A DNA stretch of 64,000 nt from Dehalococcoidia bacterium. GTDB taxonomy: Bacteria; Chloroflexota; Dehalococcoidia; Plut-88900. The first letter of the stretch is position 1. Each line of letters begins with the position of its first letter. Position numbers and translations under genes: made by a program. Positions 37,312 to 48,700 of the stretch are shown piece after piece. The notes under the pieces were generated by a model. It saw only the letters and a list, made by a program, of their open reading frames with translations, was not told the DNA's origin and made no database searches. The DNA lies in assembly GCA_965197645.1 (NCBI GenBank), contig OZ240219.1, forward strand, positions 2,368,001 through 2,432,000, given 5' to 3'.

Positions 37312-38310
37312 TTAGCTCCCTCTCTCTCCGTTGCCGGCCGTCGTCACGTCCACCAGGCATGCTGCCGTGTGTCCCTCTCCCATCTCCACCAGCTCCGGGT
37401 CCGTCTCCGCACACTCATCCACCGTGAACCGGCACCTAGGCCTGAACGAGCAACCTACAGGCTTGTGCGCCAGGTCCGGCGGCATCCCCTCTATCGGTAT
37501 CAGCCTCTCCCTCATGCTCTCGTCCAGCCTCGGCACTGACCCCAGCAGCCCCAGCGTGTACGGGTGCCTCGGCTTCCCGTATACGTTCACCGCCGTCGAA
37601 CTCTCCACTATCCGTCCCGCATACATCACGTTCACGTTGTCCGCATACCTCGCCACCACACCCAGATTGTGTGTGATCACCACCACCGCCGTTCCCCTCT
37701 CCTTCGTCAGCCGGCTTATCAGCTCCAACAGCTGCGCTTGTATCGTCACGTCCACCGCCGTCGTAGGCTCGTCCGCCAGCAGTATCTTAGGCTCGCAGCT
37801 CAGTGCTATCGCTATCATCACCCTCTGCCTCATACCCCCGCTCAGCTGGTGCGGAAAGTCGTCCAGCCTCCTACCCGCATCCGGTATCCCCACCTCTTCC
37901 AGCAGCTCTCCCGCCCTGGTGTTCGATGCCCTGTTGTCCATACCCAGGTGAAGCTCCAAAGCCTCCGTTATCTGCCTGCCTATCGTCAGCACAGGGTTCA
38001 ATGACGTCATCGGCTCCTGGAACACCATCGCCAGGTCCTTACCCCTCCTCCTCCTGATCTCGTCTGAACTCAGCTTCAGCAGGTCCACCCCCTCCAGCAG
38101 CACCTCTCCTCCCACTATCCTTCCCGGCGGCGATGGGATCAGCCTCATCAGCGATAGCGCACTCACGCTCTTGCCGCACCCGCTCTCCCCCACCAGCCCC
38201 AGCGTCTCTCCCGCTTCCACGCTGTACGTCACCCCGTCCACCGCCTTCACCACCCCGTCTTCCGTGTAGAAGTAGGTCTTCAGATCCTTTACCTCCAGCA
38301 ATGGCGCCAT
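37312..38310 (-). CDS. oppD: oligopeptide/dipeptide ABC ATP-binding protein (OppD/DppD)
   Basis: [27 protein letters not shown] and HPYTLGLL motifs. Confidence 0.93.
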   Translation of the reverse strand: MAPLLEVKDLKTYFYTEDGVVKAVDGVTYSVEAGETLGLVGESGCGKSVSALSLMRLIPSPPGRIVGGEVLLEGVDLLKLSSDEIRRRRGKDLAMVFQEPMTSLNPVLTIGRQITEALELHLGMDNRASNTRAGELLEEVGIPDAGRRLDDFPHQLSGGMRQRVMIAIALSCEPKILLADEPTTAVDVTIQAQLLELISRLTKERGTAVVVITHNLGVVARYADNVNVMYAGRIVESSTAVNVYGKPRHPYTLGLLGSVPRLDESMRERLIPIEGMPPDLAHKPVGCSFRPRCRFTVDECAETDPELVEMGEGHTAACLVDVTTAGNGERGS

Positions 38311-38335
38311 GCTCTACTCCTTCCCGTATATGGAC

Positions 38336-39484
38336 TTACTTAGAGTCGGCCAAGGGAATCTTGTACAGGTTAGCTGCGTTTTCAGCGACCACCTTCTTCT
38401 TGTCCTCCGGAGCGAGGTCTTTGAAGGTCCTATCGATGACCTCTCGGGAGTTGGGGAAGGTGCCTTCATCGTGGGGGTAGTCGCTGCCCCACATAAGGCT
38501 ATCGGCGCCGGTGAAGACCAGGTTGTGGAGTCCCACGCGGTCGTCGCCGAAGGTCGCGTAGCCCTGGCGTTTGAAATACTCGCTCGGTTTCAGATCCAGG
38601 ACGGGCTTGGCCCACATGTGGCGCTTATCGTTGATCTCGTCCAGGGCGTCCAGCACCCACGCCAGCCAGCCGACCCCGCCTTCGACCAGAACGAACTTCA
38701 GATTGGGGTGACGCTCCAGCACGCCTGCTGCCGTCAGCATGCACAGTGGACTCAGCGCCTCGCTCATTCCCAGCACCATGCCCCACAGGTCGCTGCCGTC
38801 GCCCTCTTCCTTCACCAGGTCTTTGAACTCGGGTTCCTCGTCGTTCGGTTCACTGCGAGTGAAAACGTGAAAGCTGAGGGGAACATCCAGATCTTCGGCT
38901 AGCGCCCAGAAGGGTTTGTATTCGGGACTGCTATAGGGCTTTGATGGCCGGCTCACCGGCACCGACAGGGAGCGATATCCCAGGGCGGCAACCCTTTTAG
39001 CTTCCTCCATGGCCGCGCCGACATCGGCCATCGGAATCGTGGCTGATGGGATGAACTTATCGAAGTGTTCGCCAAATATCTCCAGGTAGAAGTCGTTGTA
39101 AAGCTTGCAGACCGCCAGCTGAAACTCCGGGTCGGGCGAGGCGAAGGCCTTGAAGATGCCGTTGGGATAGATAACCTCCGCCGTGATGCCGTCCTCCTCC
39201 ATATCGGCCTCGCGAACGGCGATGTCCGTGCCCGACTCACGAGACAGTCCCACCCCCGTCTCCTCACCCCACCTGAACTCTTTGCGCAGGTCCTCTTCCT
39301 TCAGGGGATTGGGTGTGTCCATGGGCTGAGGGGCCATGCCCTCGACCATCCAGTACCGCCTTCCTTCGACCTCCTTCAAGTGTGGTGCGCGGGCTCGATA
39401 GTGTTCGGGGAGTCGCTGGTGAATGTCCCCCGCCTCTTCGGCGTGGGAATCGGCCGATATTATGAATTCCTTCGGCATACTCAC
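38336..39484 (-). CDS. amidohydrolase family protein (Amidohydro_2)
   Basis: ISADSH, VEGGVGW and WGSDYPHDEGTFP motifs. Confidence 0.92.
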   Translation of the reverse strand: MSMPKEFIISADSHAEEAGDIHQRLPEHYRARAPHLKEVEGRRYWMVEGMAPQPMDTPNPLKEEDLRKEFRWGEETGVGLSRESGTDIAVREADMEEDGITAEVIYPNGIFKAFASPDPEFQLAVCKLYNDFYLEIFGEHFDKFIPSATIPMADVGAAMEEAKRVAALGYRSLSVPVSRPSKPYSSPEYKPFWALAEDLDVPLSFHVFTRSEPNDEEPEFKDLVKEEGDGSDLWGMVLGMSEALSPLCMLTAAGVLERHPNLKFVLVEGGVGWLAWVLDALDEINDKRHMWAKPVLDLKPSEYFKRQGYATFGDDRVGLHNLVFTGADSLMWGSDYPHDEGTFPNSREVIDRTFKDLAPEDKKKVVAENAANLYKIPLADSK

Positions 39485-39652
39485 CTTCCTTCTCTAATAT
39501 CGATGCTAAAGCGATGCCACTACGCTCTGAACAGAAGGGGAGGGGGTTGCAATTAACCGCGGTATGCGACCGGCGGTCCCATGTAGAGGCCCAAATTATA
39601 TGCCAATCTATCTCCATTTGTAAAACAAGGGAAGTACTCCGGCCATGGGTCT

Positions 39653-40708
39653 TCAAGGAACGTAGCATATCTCCGGGGAACCTTCCGGCAACGCTTCGGC
39701 GTACTCCGAAATGCCGTATCCCTTGGGGTGCGCCCGGAAGAAGTCCCACAGAAAGGAGTTCAGGCCGGTGATCCATCTGTGGCCTTCGTTATTCCCTTCG
39801 CAAGCGATGACGGTCTCAAGGTGCCGTTGATAGAACCGGATAGCCCTCTTGGACTGGCCCTCGTACTCATAGCGAGTGACACTGGTGGTGTTGCCCGACG
39901 AGCCTGTAGCGCTGCCGGTGTAGTAGTCGTTCTTGCCGCCCCACACGATCATGACCGCCATCTGATCCAATGCCTCGAACGGACGCGGCGTGGTACCACC
40001 GAAGTCCGCGGAGGCTGGCGCAATTGCCGCTAGGACGTCGGAGCGCCGCTGGGCAAGATAGTGGGTGAATATTCCTCCGGCAGAATGTCCCGTGGCATAG
40101 ATCCGGGTTGCATCTATGGGGTAGTGGGCCGCCATGCATAGAAGAAGCTCGTCGAAGAAGACCAGATCGGGATTTGACGATGATCGAAACGGGGTGGTAT
40201 AGCTGTCCCAAACGGGCCAGATATTGCCATTGCCGTTGCTGTACGGCGCGATCAGAATGAAACCCTCCTCCCAAGCCGTCCGGTTGAGTCCGGTGCGAAG
40301 GGCGATTCCCCAGCCCGATTCTCCCGTCCCATTGAACAGGAATACTATCGGGACTGGCCCTTCGGGTAGTTCCCTGGGCATAGTCAGGAAGAATTGCCTC
40401 TCCTGCCCCGCCGATCGGAACCCATCGTTCCTACCTAGTCTCGGAGGCTCGGTCTGGTACTTACCGGGACAGGCCGAACCCGTGTCGGTCTCCGGGGAGG
40501 CAGGTGGAGGGTCATCGCCGGTCGAATCTGTATCGACCTCTGGGGAGACGCTCGGAACGCGATTGTCGACCGATCCCGTTTCCGCCTCCGAGGTAACCGG
40601 CGGAACGCCGTTACCCGATCCTGTCCCGCACGACAGGGAAGAAGCCAAGATGGCGGCCAGGAGAACCGGGACGAAAACGGAAATAATACCGGGACCTGCC
40701 GCCTGAAT
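39653..40708 (-). CDS. secreted esterase lipoprotein, PHB-depolymerase/LpqC-like
   Basis: IDATRIYATGHSAGG nucleophile motif, LSC lipobox and Pro/Ser/Thr linker; start uncertain (TTG 40648 or ATT 40708). Confidence 0.78.
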   Translation of the reverse strand: MQAAGPGIISVFVPVLLAAILASSLSCGTGSGNGVPPVTSEAETGSVDNRVPSVSPEVDTDSTGDDPPPASPETDTGSACPGKYQTEPPRLGRNDGFRSAGQERQFFLTMPRELPEGPVPIVFLFNGTGESGWGIALRTGLNRTAWEEGFILIAPYSNGNGNIWPVWDSYTTPFRSSSNPDLVFFDELLLCMAAHYPIDATRIYATGHSAGGIFTHYLAQRRSDVLAAIAPASADFGGTTPRPFEALDQMAVMIVWGGKNDYYTGSATGSSGNTTSVTRYEYEGQSKRAIRFYQRHLETVIACEGNNEGHRWITGLNSFLWDFFRAHPKGYGISEYAEALPEGSPEICYVP

Positions 40709-40748
40709 GAGTCGCTCCGGAGATAGCGTCGTCTGATCCCGGGAGAGC

Positions 40749-41480
40749 TTACGGCTGTTGAGCGTCTTCGACGTAGGTGGGCACGCCGGTGGCGGAGGTC
40801 ACTACCGATCCGTCCGCCATCTCGACGATCCGGTCTCCGGCTTCTGCCAACGCCAGGTCGTGGGTGGCGACGATGAGGGTCACTCCTCGTTTCTCGACAA
40901 CGTCTCGGAGGATAGCCGCTATGCTCAGAGCGGTTGTGGCGTCCAACTCGCCCGTCGGCTCGTCGGCGATGATCAGCCGTGGAGAGGTGACCAGGGCACG
41001 GGCGATACCCACGCGTTGCTGCTCTCCACCGGAAAGTTCATAGGGCCGGTGACGGGCTCGGGGACTCAGGCCCACCATCTCCAATGCCTCTTCCGTCTTG
41101 CTCCGTCGCACCCCGCGAGATGAGCCATTGATCCGCAGCGGGAGCTCGACGTTTTCGTATGCGGAAAGAAGGGGGAGCAGAGCGAAGGACTGGAAAATGA
41201 AGCTGACCTGATGCCGGCGAAGCTCTACGTGGCCCGACTCATCCATTGCGCCAAGGTCTCGTCCTTCGAACAGGATCGTGCCGCTATCGGGCGAGTCCAG
41301 GCCGGCTATGATGTTCAGCAGGGTCGTCTTACCCGATCCGGACCGTCCGACCACCGAGACGAACTCGCCGGGCATGATATCCATGCTTACCTTATCGACC
41401 GCGGTCACGGCGCCCCCTCCCGATCCGAAGACTCGTGTAACCTCCCTGGCCGAGATTATGGGGCCGGAGTTATCTCCCAT
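40749..41480 (-). CDS. ABC ATP-binding protein (LolD/MacB-type)
   Basis: GRSGSGKT, LSGGEQQR, ADEPTG and ATHD motifs. Confidence 0.92.
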   Translation of the reverse strand: MGDNSGPIISAREVTRVFGSGGGAVTAVDKVSMDIMPGEFVSVVGRSGSGKTTLLNIIAGLDSPDSGTILFEGRDLGAMDESGHVELRRHQVSFIFQSFALLPLLSAYENVELPLRINGSSRGVRRSKTEEALEMVGLSPRARHRPYELSGGEQQRVGIARALVTSPRLIIADEPTGELDATTALSIAAILRDVVEKRGVTLIVATHDLALAEAGDRIVEMADGSVVTSATGVPTYVEDAQQP

Positions 41481-42366
41481 CTTCGTTTCCAACCGGGTCG
41501 ATGGTTATCTGTCCGTCTTTCACTACAACCTTCACTCTACGTCCCACGCCGCCTTCTTCCAAGAACTGCCGAGGAAGCTGAAGCCGGCCCACCTGGTCCA
41601 CTACGACGTAGTCCTGGGCCTGCAGCTCGCCCGGCTTGGAGAAGGTCGGTCTCACTATAGTTTCGGAGCTGATCCTTCCGTCCCGGATGTACACCACACG
41701 ATCGACGAACTGGGCGATGCCCGGATAGTGGGTGACCACAACCGTGGTAACGCCGAGTCTCAGGTTCATCTCTCGCATGGTGTTGAGCACCATGTGTGCG
41801 TTTGCCGTATCCAGCTCCCCTGTTGGCTCGTCGGCCAGCAGTAGGGGAGGGCTGTTGGCCAGGGCCACCCCTATAGCCACCCGCTGCTGCTCGCCGCCCG
41901 ATAGCTCGTTGGGCATCCGGTTGGTCATCTTCTCTAGACCCATGGTCGATAGAAGCTCCATGGACCGCTCTCGCCTCTCTTTTGCGGGCAGGCCTGCGAT
42001 GGCCATCGGCAGCTCAATGTTGTCTCTAGCGCCCAGGTAGGGGACCAGGTTTCTGCCTATGGCCTGCCAGATGAAACCTACCTCCAGGCGCCGGTAGGTG
42101 AGCAGGTCGCTCTGGGTTATGCCAAGAAGGTCCCGTTCGCCGACCCGGACCGCGCCGGCCGAGGGAGTATCCAACCCGGCCAGGATGTTCAGCAGCGTGC
42201 TTTTGCCGCTCCCACTGGCCCCGACAATGGCCATCAGCTCGCCTTCGGCGATCTCCAGGTCCAACCCGCGCAGGGCCACGACCTCCAGCTCGGCACGCTT
42301 GTAGATTTTGAACAGGTCCTTACACTCTATGTAGGGTCCGTTCGCCTGTTCCTCCGTGTTCGTCAT
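41470..42366 (-). CDS. ABC ATP-binding protein (LolD/MacB-type) with C-terminal AbrB-like extension
   Basis: GASGSGKS, LSGGEQQR and ADEPTG motifs; tail VVVDQVGRLQLP...VKVVVKDGQITIDP. Confidence 0.9.
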   Translation of the reverse strand: MTNTEEQANGPYIECKDLFKIYKRAELEVVALRGLDLEIAEGELMAIVGASGSGKSTLLNILAGLDTPSAGAVRVGERDLLGITQSDLLTYRRLEVGFIWQAIGRNLVPYLGARDNIELPMAIAGLPAKERRERSMELLSTMGLEKMTNRMPNELSGGEQQRVAIGVALANSPPLLLADEPTGELDTANAHMVLNTMREMNLRLGVTTVVVTHYPGIAQFVDRVVYIRDGRISSETIVRPTFSKPGELQAQDYVVVDQVGRLQLPRQFLEEGGVGRRVKVVVKDGQITIDPVGNEDGR

Positions 42367-42372
42367 TGCGCG

Positions 42373-45300
42373 TTACTGCTCTCCGATTCTTAGTACCTTG
42401 TGGACCTGGAGCTTCCGCACCACCCACGCCAGAATGACGGAGGTGATTATACCTGCGCCGGCCAGCACCAGATAGTACCATACGAGGGTCATCCACTCGG
42501 TGCGGAGCGCCATCGGCGGCGTGATGCGCTGGCCCTCCTCGGCCCTCTCCATCAGCGGCAACAGGCTCTGCGCAAATGCGAAGCCTACCCCTGTGCCCAC
42601 CAGTATCGCCGTAAACACTATCATCGATAGCCCGAACCACAGAATCCCGTTTAGCTGCCGCCTGGATAGTCCTAAAGCCCTGACCAGCGCGAACTCCGTC
42701 TGGTGCTCCTTGGCGTCCATGAAGCTGTAGAGCATGACGCTAGAGGCGCTGGCGAGGACTACCGCGATGAAGGACAGCACCAGCAGTCCGCTCCAGCCGG
42801 TCGACAATAGTGGGTGGGACTGTCTCGATGCGACCTCGGAGGACGCCTCGACCACTTCCTGTACCTTTATCCCCAGCGACTCGAGGGGGACGGTTACGAC
42901 ACTGCTGTCCGCCTCCGGCGATATCGAGGCCCATAACTCGTTTGGCTTCGACAGCGAGCGAGCCGTTCGCAAATTGACATAATCAAGCAGGCTCTCCAGA
43001 TCAACCAGCACGAAGTTTTCGCTGGTGGCGAACAGGGTCGGTATGAAATCCTCCTCATTGACGACCTCTAGCGGCAAGGGAACGCTGTTTACCCGGACCA
43101 CAATGGTGTCGCCCTCCTTCGCCTCGCTTACATCCAGGAAACCCTTGTTGACGATAGCGGGGAGGGACGGAGGCGGCGGCGCAACTATTACCCCCCGGTT
43201 GCCCAGGCCTCCGGAGGACCACGCCACGAGGGCGCTGGTCTCGCCTGAGCGAAACACGGAGCGGGACGGGTCTATCGAGATGAGCCCCGGCGCCGTCGGG
43301 TCCTCGATCGGCTGCCAGTCCAGCTCATCTTCGAATTCTTCAAGCACGGTCAACCCATCAGGAGTGGTAACCGATACGTCGTCCATGAAGAGGGCGCCGG
43401 CCTCGTTGCCGAAGGTCTGGTCGATGAACAGGCCGCGAAGCGTGACGGGCGGCGCCGGTTCGATAGGCTGTCCCACGACCGTTGCGTCCGTATACAGGTT
43501 AGCGGATATGTAGCGCCAGTCCCTGAAGTCAAGGGTATAGGGATGGTAGCCGAAGTCGTCTACCGGCTCGTCCCGCCTGGACAGCCAGAGGTTGAAGAAC
43601 TGGCCGGTGGAGTCCTGAAGTCGAAGGACCACGCCGGCACTGCTGTCGGGCCTGACGGGACGTACCCACACCCCCACCTCAGTGGCATCGGGCGGCAGTT
43701 CCAGGCCTCGGTCAGGTGAGCCCTCGGGACGGATCTTCTCCATCATCTCTTCGAGGGACTGGGAAGAGAGATCCTCCCGGTACCAGGCTACGTCGGCAAA
43801 CGTTCCGGAGTCTATGGCCATCAACGTGACCTCCCTGCCCAGGCCGGCCGTGGTCAGAGATGCCCGCTGCCGATATATCAGACTGGCGGATTCAACCTCT
43901 TCACCGAAATCTATCTCCTGTCCGCCGCCGTACACCGGGGGAGTGGTCCTGCCTATCTGAAACTTCACCCTGACGTCCGCTCCGGCGTTGTACAGGGCTC
44001 GGTCTTCCTGGCTGCCCTGCAGCGAAGCGCTAAAGGTGCTGGCCACAACCCCCAGTCCCGTCGCCAGCATCACCAGCACCACGAGGGCGCCCGGAATGAT
44101 CGGGTCGCGAGCTATCCGCCTCAACGCCTGGACGGACCATACGACGTTCATACCTTCGGCGGCGCGGCTTATCACCCGTAGCGCCAATGGAAACACGCGC
44201 AACACTATAAGGCCGAGGGCAGCCAGCAACAGTATGGGGCCGATCAGCAGCGAGTAATCGATGGACAGTTCACTTTCGCCCAGCTCCCGCACCAGGAACG
44301 ATTCGTTCTCCTGCAGCTGCCAGTATATGAAGCCGATGACGCCCAGTAGCATAAAGTCCACGTAGTACCGGTGGATGAAGGGGACGCTGGGGGGCCTGGC
44401 CCCCATTTGACGGAACTGCACCACCCCATGCCGTGCCGTCACCAGGGCCGATATCGATAGCATGGCAACTGACAGTACGCCGCCACTGGCGCCCAGCAGG
44501 AACGCCCTCGGCGATAGGGCTACCGGGGCCAGACCGATCTCCGGAGACTCGGCGGCGAGGGCGTCCCCCAGCGTGGTCACTATTCCCAGGGCCAGGAAGG
44601 GGCCCAGGGCTATGGCCGGCACCGCTAGTATCAATCCCTCCACCAGCATCAGCAGAGTCACCTGAAGGGTAGTGGCGCCCCGGCTCTTCAGTACTGCGAT
44701 CTCTACGGACCGGGACCGAATGATCAGGGACGAGACCATGAACAGGTAGTACATGAGAATGGCGATGGACAAGATGACGAGGAGGAGCAGAGGCACCCGC
44801 GCAAGGGTGATCTGTTGTTTATAGTCGTCCAGTATCCTGCTCAGATGGGTCTGAACGCTGCTGTTCTCCAGGTTCAGCTCGATGTCGGTAGTCAGCTCCT
44901 CTAAGGCATTCTGAAGCCTTCCAATCTCCGACGTCCGAAGGTTTGGCTTGTCCAGGTAAAAGAACCAACTCTCCTCTGTGTACATGCCCGGATATCGGTC
45001 TGCCAGGGTCAGCAAAATACTGTCGGGCTGGGTGAACATCGGTATCCAGTTCCAGTTGGAGTTAGAGTAGCTGAGGGCATCGGATGCGCCGTACCAGAAA
45101 GACTCGTTCCGGTCCGTGATCCGGACGTGACCTACTAACCTCGCCCGTAGACGCTGCGGGTCTCCTCCCACGACGGCGGGCACGAGATCGACCTCGTCTC
45201 CCACCGAAACTCCCAGCAGCTCCATCCCCTGGGCGTCTACGACAAACTCCACCGGTTCTGCGGAGCTGGAGGGCAGCCGGCCCTCTACCACCGATAGGTG

Positions 45301-45726
45301 GTCCTCGAATTCCGTAATGTGCTGGAGCCTGCCTCGCGGCCGCACATGCTGCGCAAGCTCCAGGTGAGAGTGCCCCTCGAAGTAGAATGTCGAGGTGCGC
45401 AGCCACCGGGCCTCGTCGCCGTAGTATTCCTCGATGCCGGGTTGGATATCTTCGGTTATCAGTCTCTCGGCGTCCCGGTGGAACACCGAGTTCATGTTGT
45501 AGAAGTAGCGTACCTGCAGGTTCACCTCTTCGTCGGTGGAATCGGTAAGAGTGCGCTGCAGGGCGGCCTCTTCCAGCACTGCCGAGTAGATAACCCCTCC
45601 CGCCACCATCGCCACGGCCAGCAGAATGCCCAGCGCCACGGCCAGCTCCAGCTTCCAGTTGGACGCGATGCGCCTGAAGGCTATAACGGAAGCCAGCCTG
45701 AACAACGGTATGAGTCCCATTCTCAT
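42373..45726 (-). CDS. giant FtsX/MacB-like ABC permease
   Basis: two EIAVLKSRGA/EFALVRALG-type coupling motifs and two large soluble loops; 1117 aa. Confidence 0.88.
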   Translation of the reverse strand: MRMGLIPLFRLASVIAFRRIASNWKLELAVALGILLAVAMVAGGVIYSAVLEEAALQRTLTDSTDEEVNLQVRYFYNMNSVFHRDAERLITEDIQPGIEEYYGDEARWLRTSTFYFEGHSHLELAQHVRPRGRLQHITEFEDHLSVVEGRLPSSSAEPVEFVVDAQGMELLGVSVGDEVDLVPAVVGGDPQRLRARLVGHVRITDRNESFWYGASDALSYSNSNWNWIPMFTQPDSILLTLADRYPGMYTEESWFFYLDKPNLRTSEIGRLQNALEELTTDIELNLENSSVQTHLSRILDDYKQQITLARVPLLLLVILSIAILMYYLFMVSSLIIRSRSVEIAVLKSRGATTLQVTLLMLVEGLILAVPAIALGPFLALGIVTTLGDALAAESPEIGLAPVALSPRAFLLGASGGVLSVAMLSISALVTARHGVVQFRQMGARPPSVPFIHRYYVDFMLLGVIGFIYWQLQENESFLVRELGESELSIDYSLLIGPILLLAALGLIVLRVFPLALRVISRAAEGMNVVWSVQALRRIARDPIIPGALVVLVMLATGLGVVASTFSASLQGSQEDRALYNAGADVRVKFQIGRTTPPVYGGGQEIDFGEEVESASLIYRQRASLTTAGLGREVTLMAIDSGTFADVAWYREDLSSQSLEEMMEKIRPEGSPDRGLELPPDATEVGVWVRPVRPDSSAGVVLRLQDSTGQFFNLWLSRRDEPVDDFGYHPYTLDFRDWRYISANLYTDATVVGQPIEPAPPVTLRGLFIDQTFGNEAGALFMDDVSVTTPDGLTVLEEFEDELDWQPIEDPTAPGLISIDPSRSVFRSGETSALVAWSSGGLGNRGVIVAPPPPSLPAIVNKGFLDVSEAKEGDTIVVRVNSVPLPLEVVNEEDFIPTLFATSENFVLVDLESLLDYVNLRTARSLSKPNELWASISPEADSSVVTVPLESLGIKVQEVVEASSEVASRQSHPLLSTGWSGLLVLSFIAVVLASASSVMLYSFMDAKEHQTEFALVRALGLSRRQLNGILWFGLSMIVFTAILVGTGVGFAFAQSLLPLMERAEEGQRITPPMALRTEWMTLVWYYLVLAGAGIITSVILAWVVRKLQVHKVLRIGEQ

Positions 45727-45741
45727 AGCTGTTGCGTTAAC

Positions 45742-48700
45742 CTATTCCGCTTCTCTCAGCGTCTGCGCCGTCTTTAGACGGCGGATCAGGTACGCACCGA
45801 AACCGATTGTCGCCAGGGTCACGAGGCCCAGGCCTGCGTATGACACCGCCAACAGCACCGCATCCGAGTTGCGCAGCACCGGCGGCACTATAGGCCGGCC
45901 GGTGGGAGTGACCTCCAGGTAGTCCAGGCTCCAGCCGCCCAACCAGTAGCCTACTAGGGTCCCCGCTACCATCGCTAGCGCCACCATCACCAGCTTTTCC
46001 AGCACCAGGGAGGCCAGGAGCTGCCTGGCCGAAAACCCCAACGCCCTTGCCACAGAGATGTCCGTGCGGCTCTGCCTGATTGATACCGAGCTGACCATGA
46101 TCAGGCCCAGCAACGCCGAGCCTATCAGCGCTATCAGCCCGAGTATCGTGACTCCCCGCCACGCTCCCGCCGACAGCGGGTCCTTCAGGACGGACTCGAC
46201 CTTTCCATGTCCTTCGGTAAGCAGTAGTGAAGGGGGCAGTGACGTTCGCAGATCGGCCATATACTGCTCTTGGCCGGGGCCGGGCGCTAACCAGATCTCG
46301 TTGGGATGTATGCGTTGGGTCGGCGAGAGGTGCTTGAGAAAAGCCTCGTAGTGATCGATGTTGATCAGAAGGAAATGGCCGTAGCTGGGATCCAGGGTTG
46401 GAAAGTACTGCACCTCCTCAACGACCTCGACCGGGACCAACGACCTATCGTTCCGCAGCTCGAATTGCTGACCTGCAACAAACCCGGGCCCCGCTATTAC
46501 CGGGACCGGAATGGGACCGGAGGGCAGGTAGATGCCGCGGTTGCCGAAACCCTGGGTTCTCCCGAAGCTGAAGTGAACACCCAGCTTTCCATTGCGAGCG
46601 GCCTCGGCGGTCATCTCTATCGCATCGGTCTCCTGGCTTCCTATCGGCAAGGCCATCCAGGACTGTTCCGTCTCGAACCCTTCGATGATCTGTCCTTCGG
46701 CGGGAAGGCCGTTCCCCCAGACCGTGACGTCGTCCAAACTGACCGCGCTATGCGAGGGCAGCAGTATGGAGCCGCTGAAGAACAGAGAGATCAGCTCGAA
46801 ATCGGTACGGCGCTGAGAGCCTGGTGGGATCACCGAGTCCCTATAATGATTGGGCAACTCCCCACTCAGCAGCTGCCAGTCGTTCTGGGCATCCAGCTCA
46901 CCCAATGCCACGTTGCTGTACCGGCCCGCCGCATCCTGGATTCTCGCCCAGACCTTCATTCTCTCCGGAGCCAAGCCCCGCTGGGCAAATGTCCAGACTC
47001 CGATGCTTTCCGCGTTGTCGGGAATCGGCATACCCGTGATTTCCGGTTGAGGCTTATCTAAGGCGGCCAGCAGCGATGCCAGGTCGCGGTCGGCGAAATC
47101 GGACCTGAACCAACTCACCGCAGGCAGGGAGGCCGGCTCCACTGCCAGTATGGTAACCGCAGGCTCGGTAGAGGCCCCCACCACTTGTATCCGGTCGCGG
47201 CGGACCGGCGTGGCCTCCAGTTCAGCGGGCAGCCTTTCCAGTAGAGGCTGGACGGCTTTGTTCGGCTCCTGCCGGCTCACTATGATGGCCGGCGCGCCCT
47301 GTTCGTACTGGGCTTGGTCCAGCTGGCTCCTGGTGAGGGTCGACTCGAAAGTGGCACCGAAGATGCCCAGCGCCGTGGCGCCCAACACTATCAGGGCCAG
47401 CGATCCGTGAAGCATCGGGTTTCGGGCCATGCGCTTGACAGCGAAGCTGGCCCAGGCCACGTTGAACTGTTCGACCGCCCAGGCTGCCGCCTTGAGGACC
47501 CAGGGGAACAATCGGAGGAACACCAGCGATGCGCCCAGCAGCATCAAGGCCGGGCTTATGAGAAGACTGGCGTCCACCTCCAGGCCGCCCAGCAGCCCCG
47601 AGCTGACGAATCCTCCCCTCTCCCGGGCCTGCCACCAGACCAGCCCTCCCAAAGCCAGCACCACCCAGTCCAGGTGGTACCGGTGCACCAAAGGCATCAT
47701 GGGCGGACGGGCCCGCTCCTTGAGGCTATCGGACGGGCTCAAGCGGGTCAGTCCGAAGGTTGCCAGCAGGAACAACAACAGGCCCACCAGTCCTATGATC
47801 GCTCCCAGACCGTACACCTGAAGCGAAAGCGAAGCGGATATGGTGGACGGGTCGACGCCGGGTGGATCGATGACGCCCTTCAGCCAAAGCTGGGTTATGG
47901 CGAAGCCCAGCAGCGGGCCCAACCCTATCGCCAGCAAGACCACGACCGTCATCTCCCCGAAGGTCAGCAGCATGGTCGTCTGTCCGGTGGTCGCTCCCCT
48001 GGACCGGAGCAGTGCGGCCTCCTCTTTGCGTATCTGGGCGAGTAGATTGACCGATATCAGCAGCAGGTAGAGAACCAACGCCACGACCATGGAGATGAAT
48101 AGGAACAGGGGTACCCGCACCAGCGATATGTCCCTATCGTATTCTGTGAGCAGATCGTCCAGCGCGGTGATCACCAGGGAACGGCCGAAATTCTTGTTTA
48201 TGTCCGCCTCTAATCGTTCCAGTTGAGCTTTCGGCCCCTCGATGTCGCCCGGGGTTAGCAGGTCGGGGTCTATGAAGACCTGCCACCAGTAGCTGGCGCT
48301 GAAGAAGGGGTATCTAGTACCGAATTGTTGAAAGTAGGCCTCTTCGGGGATGTGCAGCGGCACGATGCGCCGGTTGTTGTCCAGATCGGCGGTAAAGTCG
48401 GATACGTCTCCCAGCCAGTACAGATCCCGCCTATCGGCCGGCTCGATGATCCCCACGATGTGAACGGTGATCGCCTCGTCCTGGACGTCGAAGAAGGGAA
48501 TGATGTCGATAGTCTCGCCGGCTGTCCAGCCCATTATCCGTGCGGCATCGGCGCCTACGACAGCCTCCAATTCCAGTAGGGGGTCTTCCGCCGGGAGCAC
48601 CTGCGCCGCCCGTCCCTCGACTATCGTGGTGTGTTCGGCAAACCTCGTCTTGAAGGTAAACAATCCCAGAGGGGTTTCGAGGCCGAGCGGCTCCCCCGGT

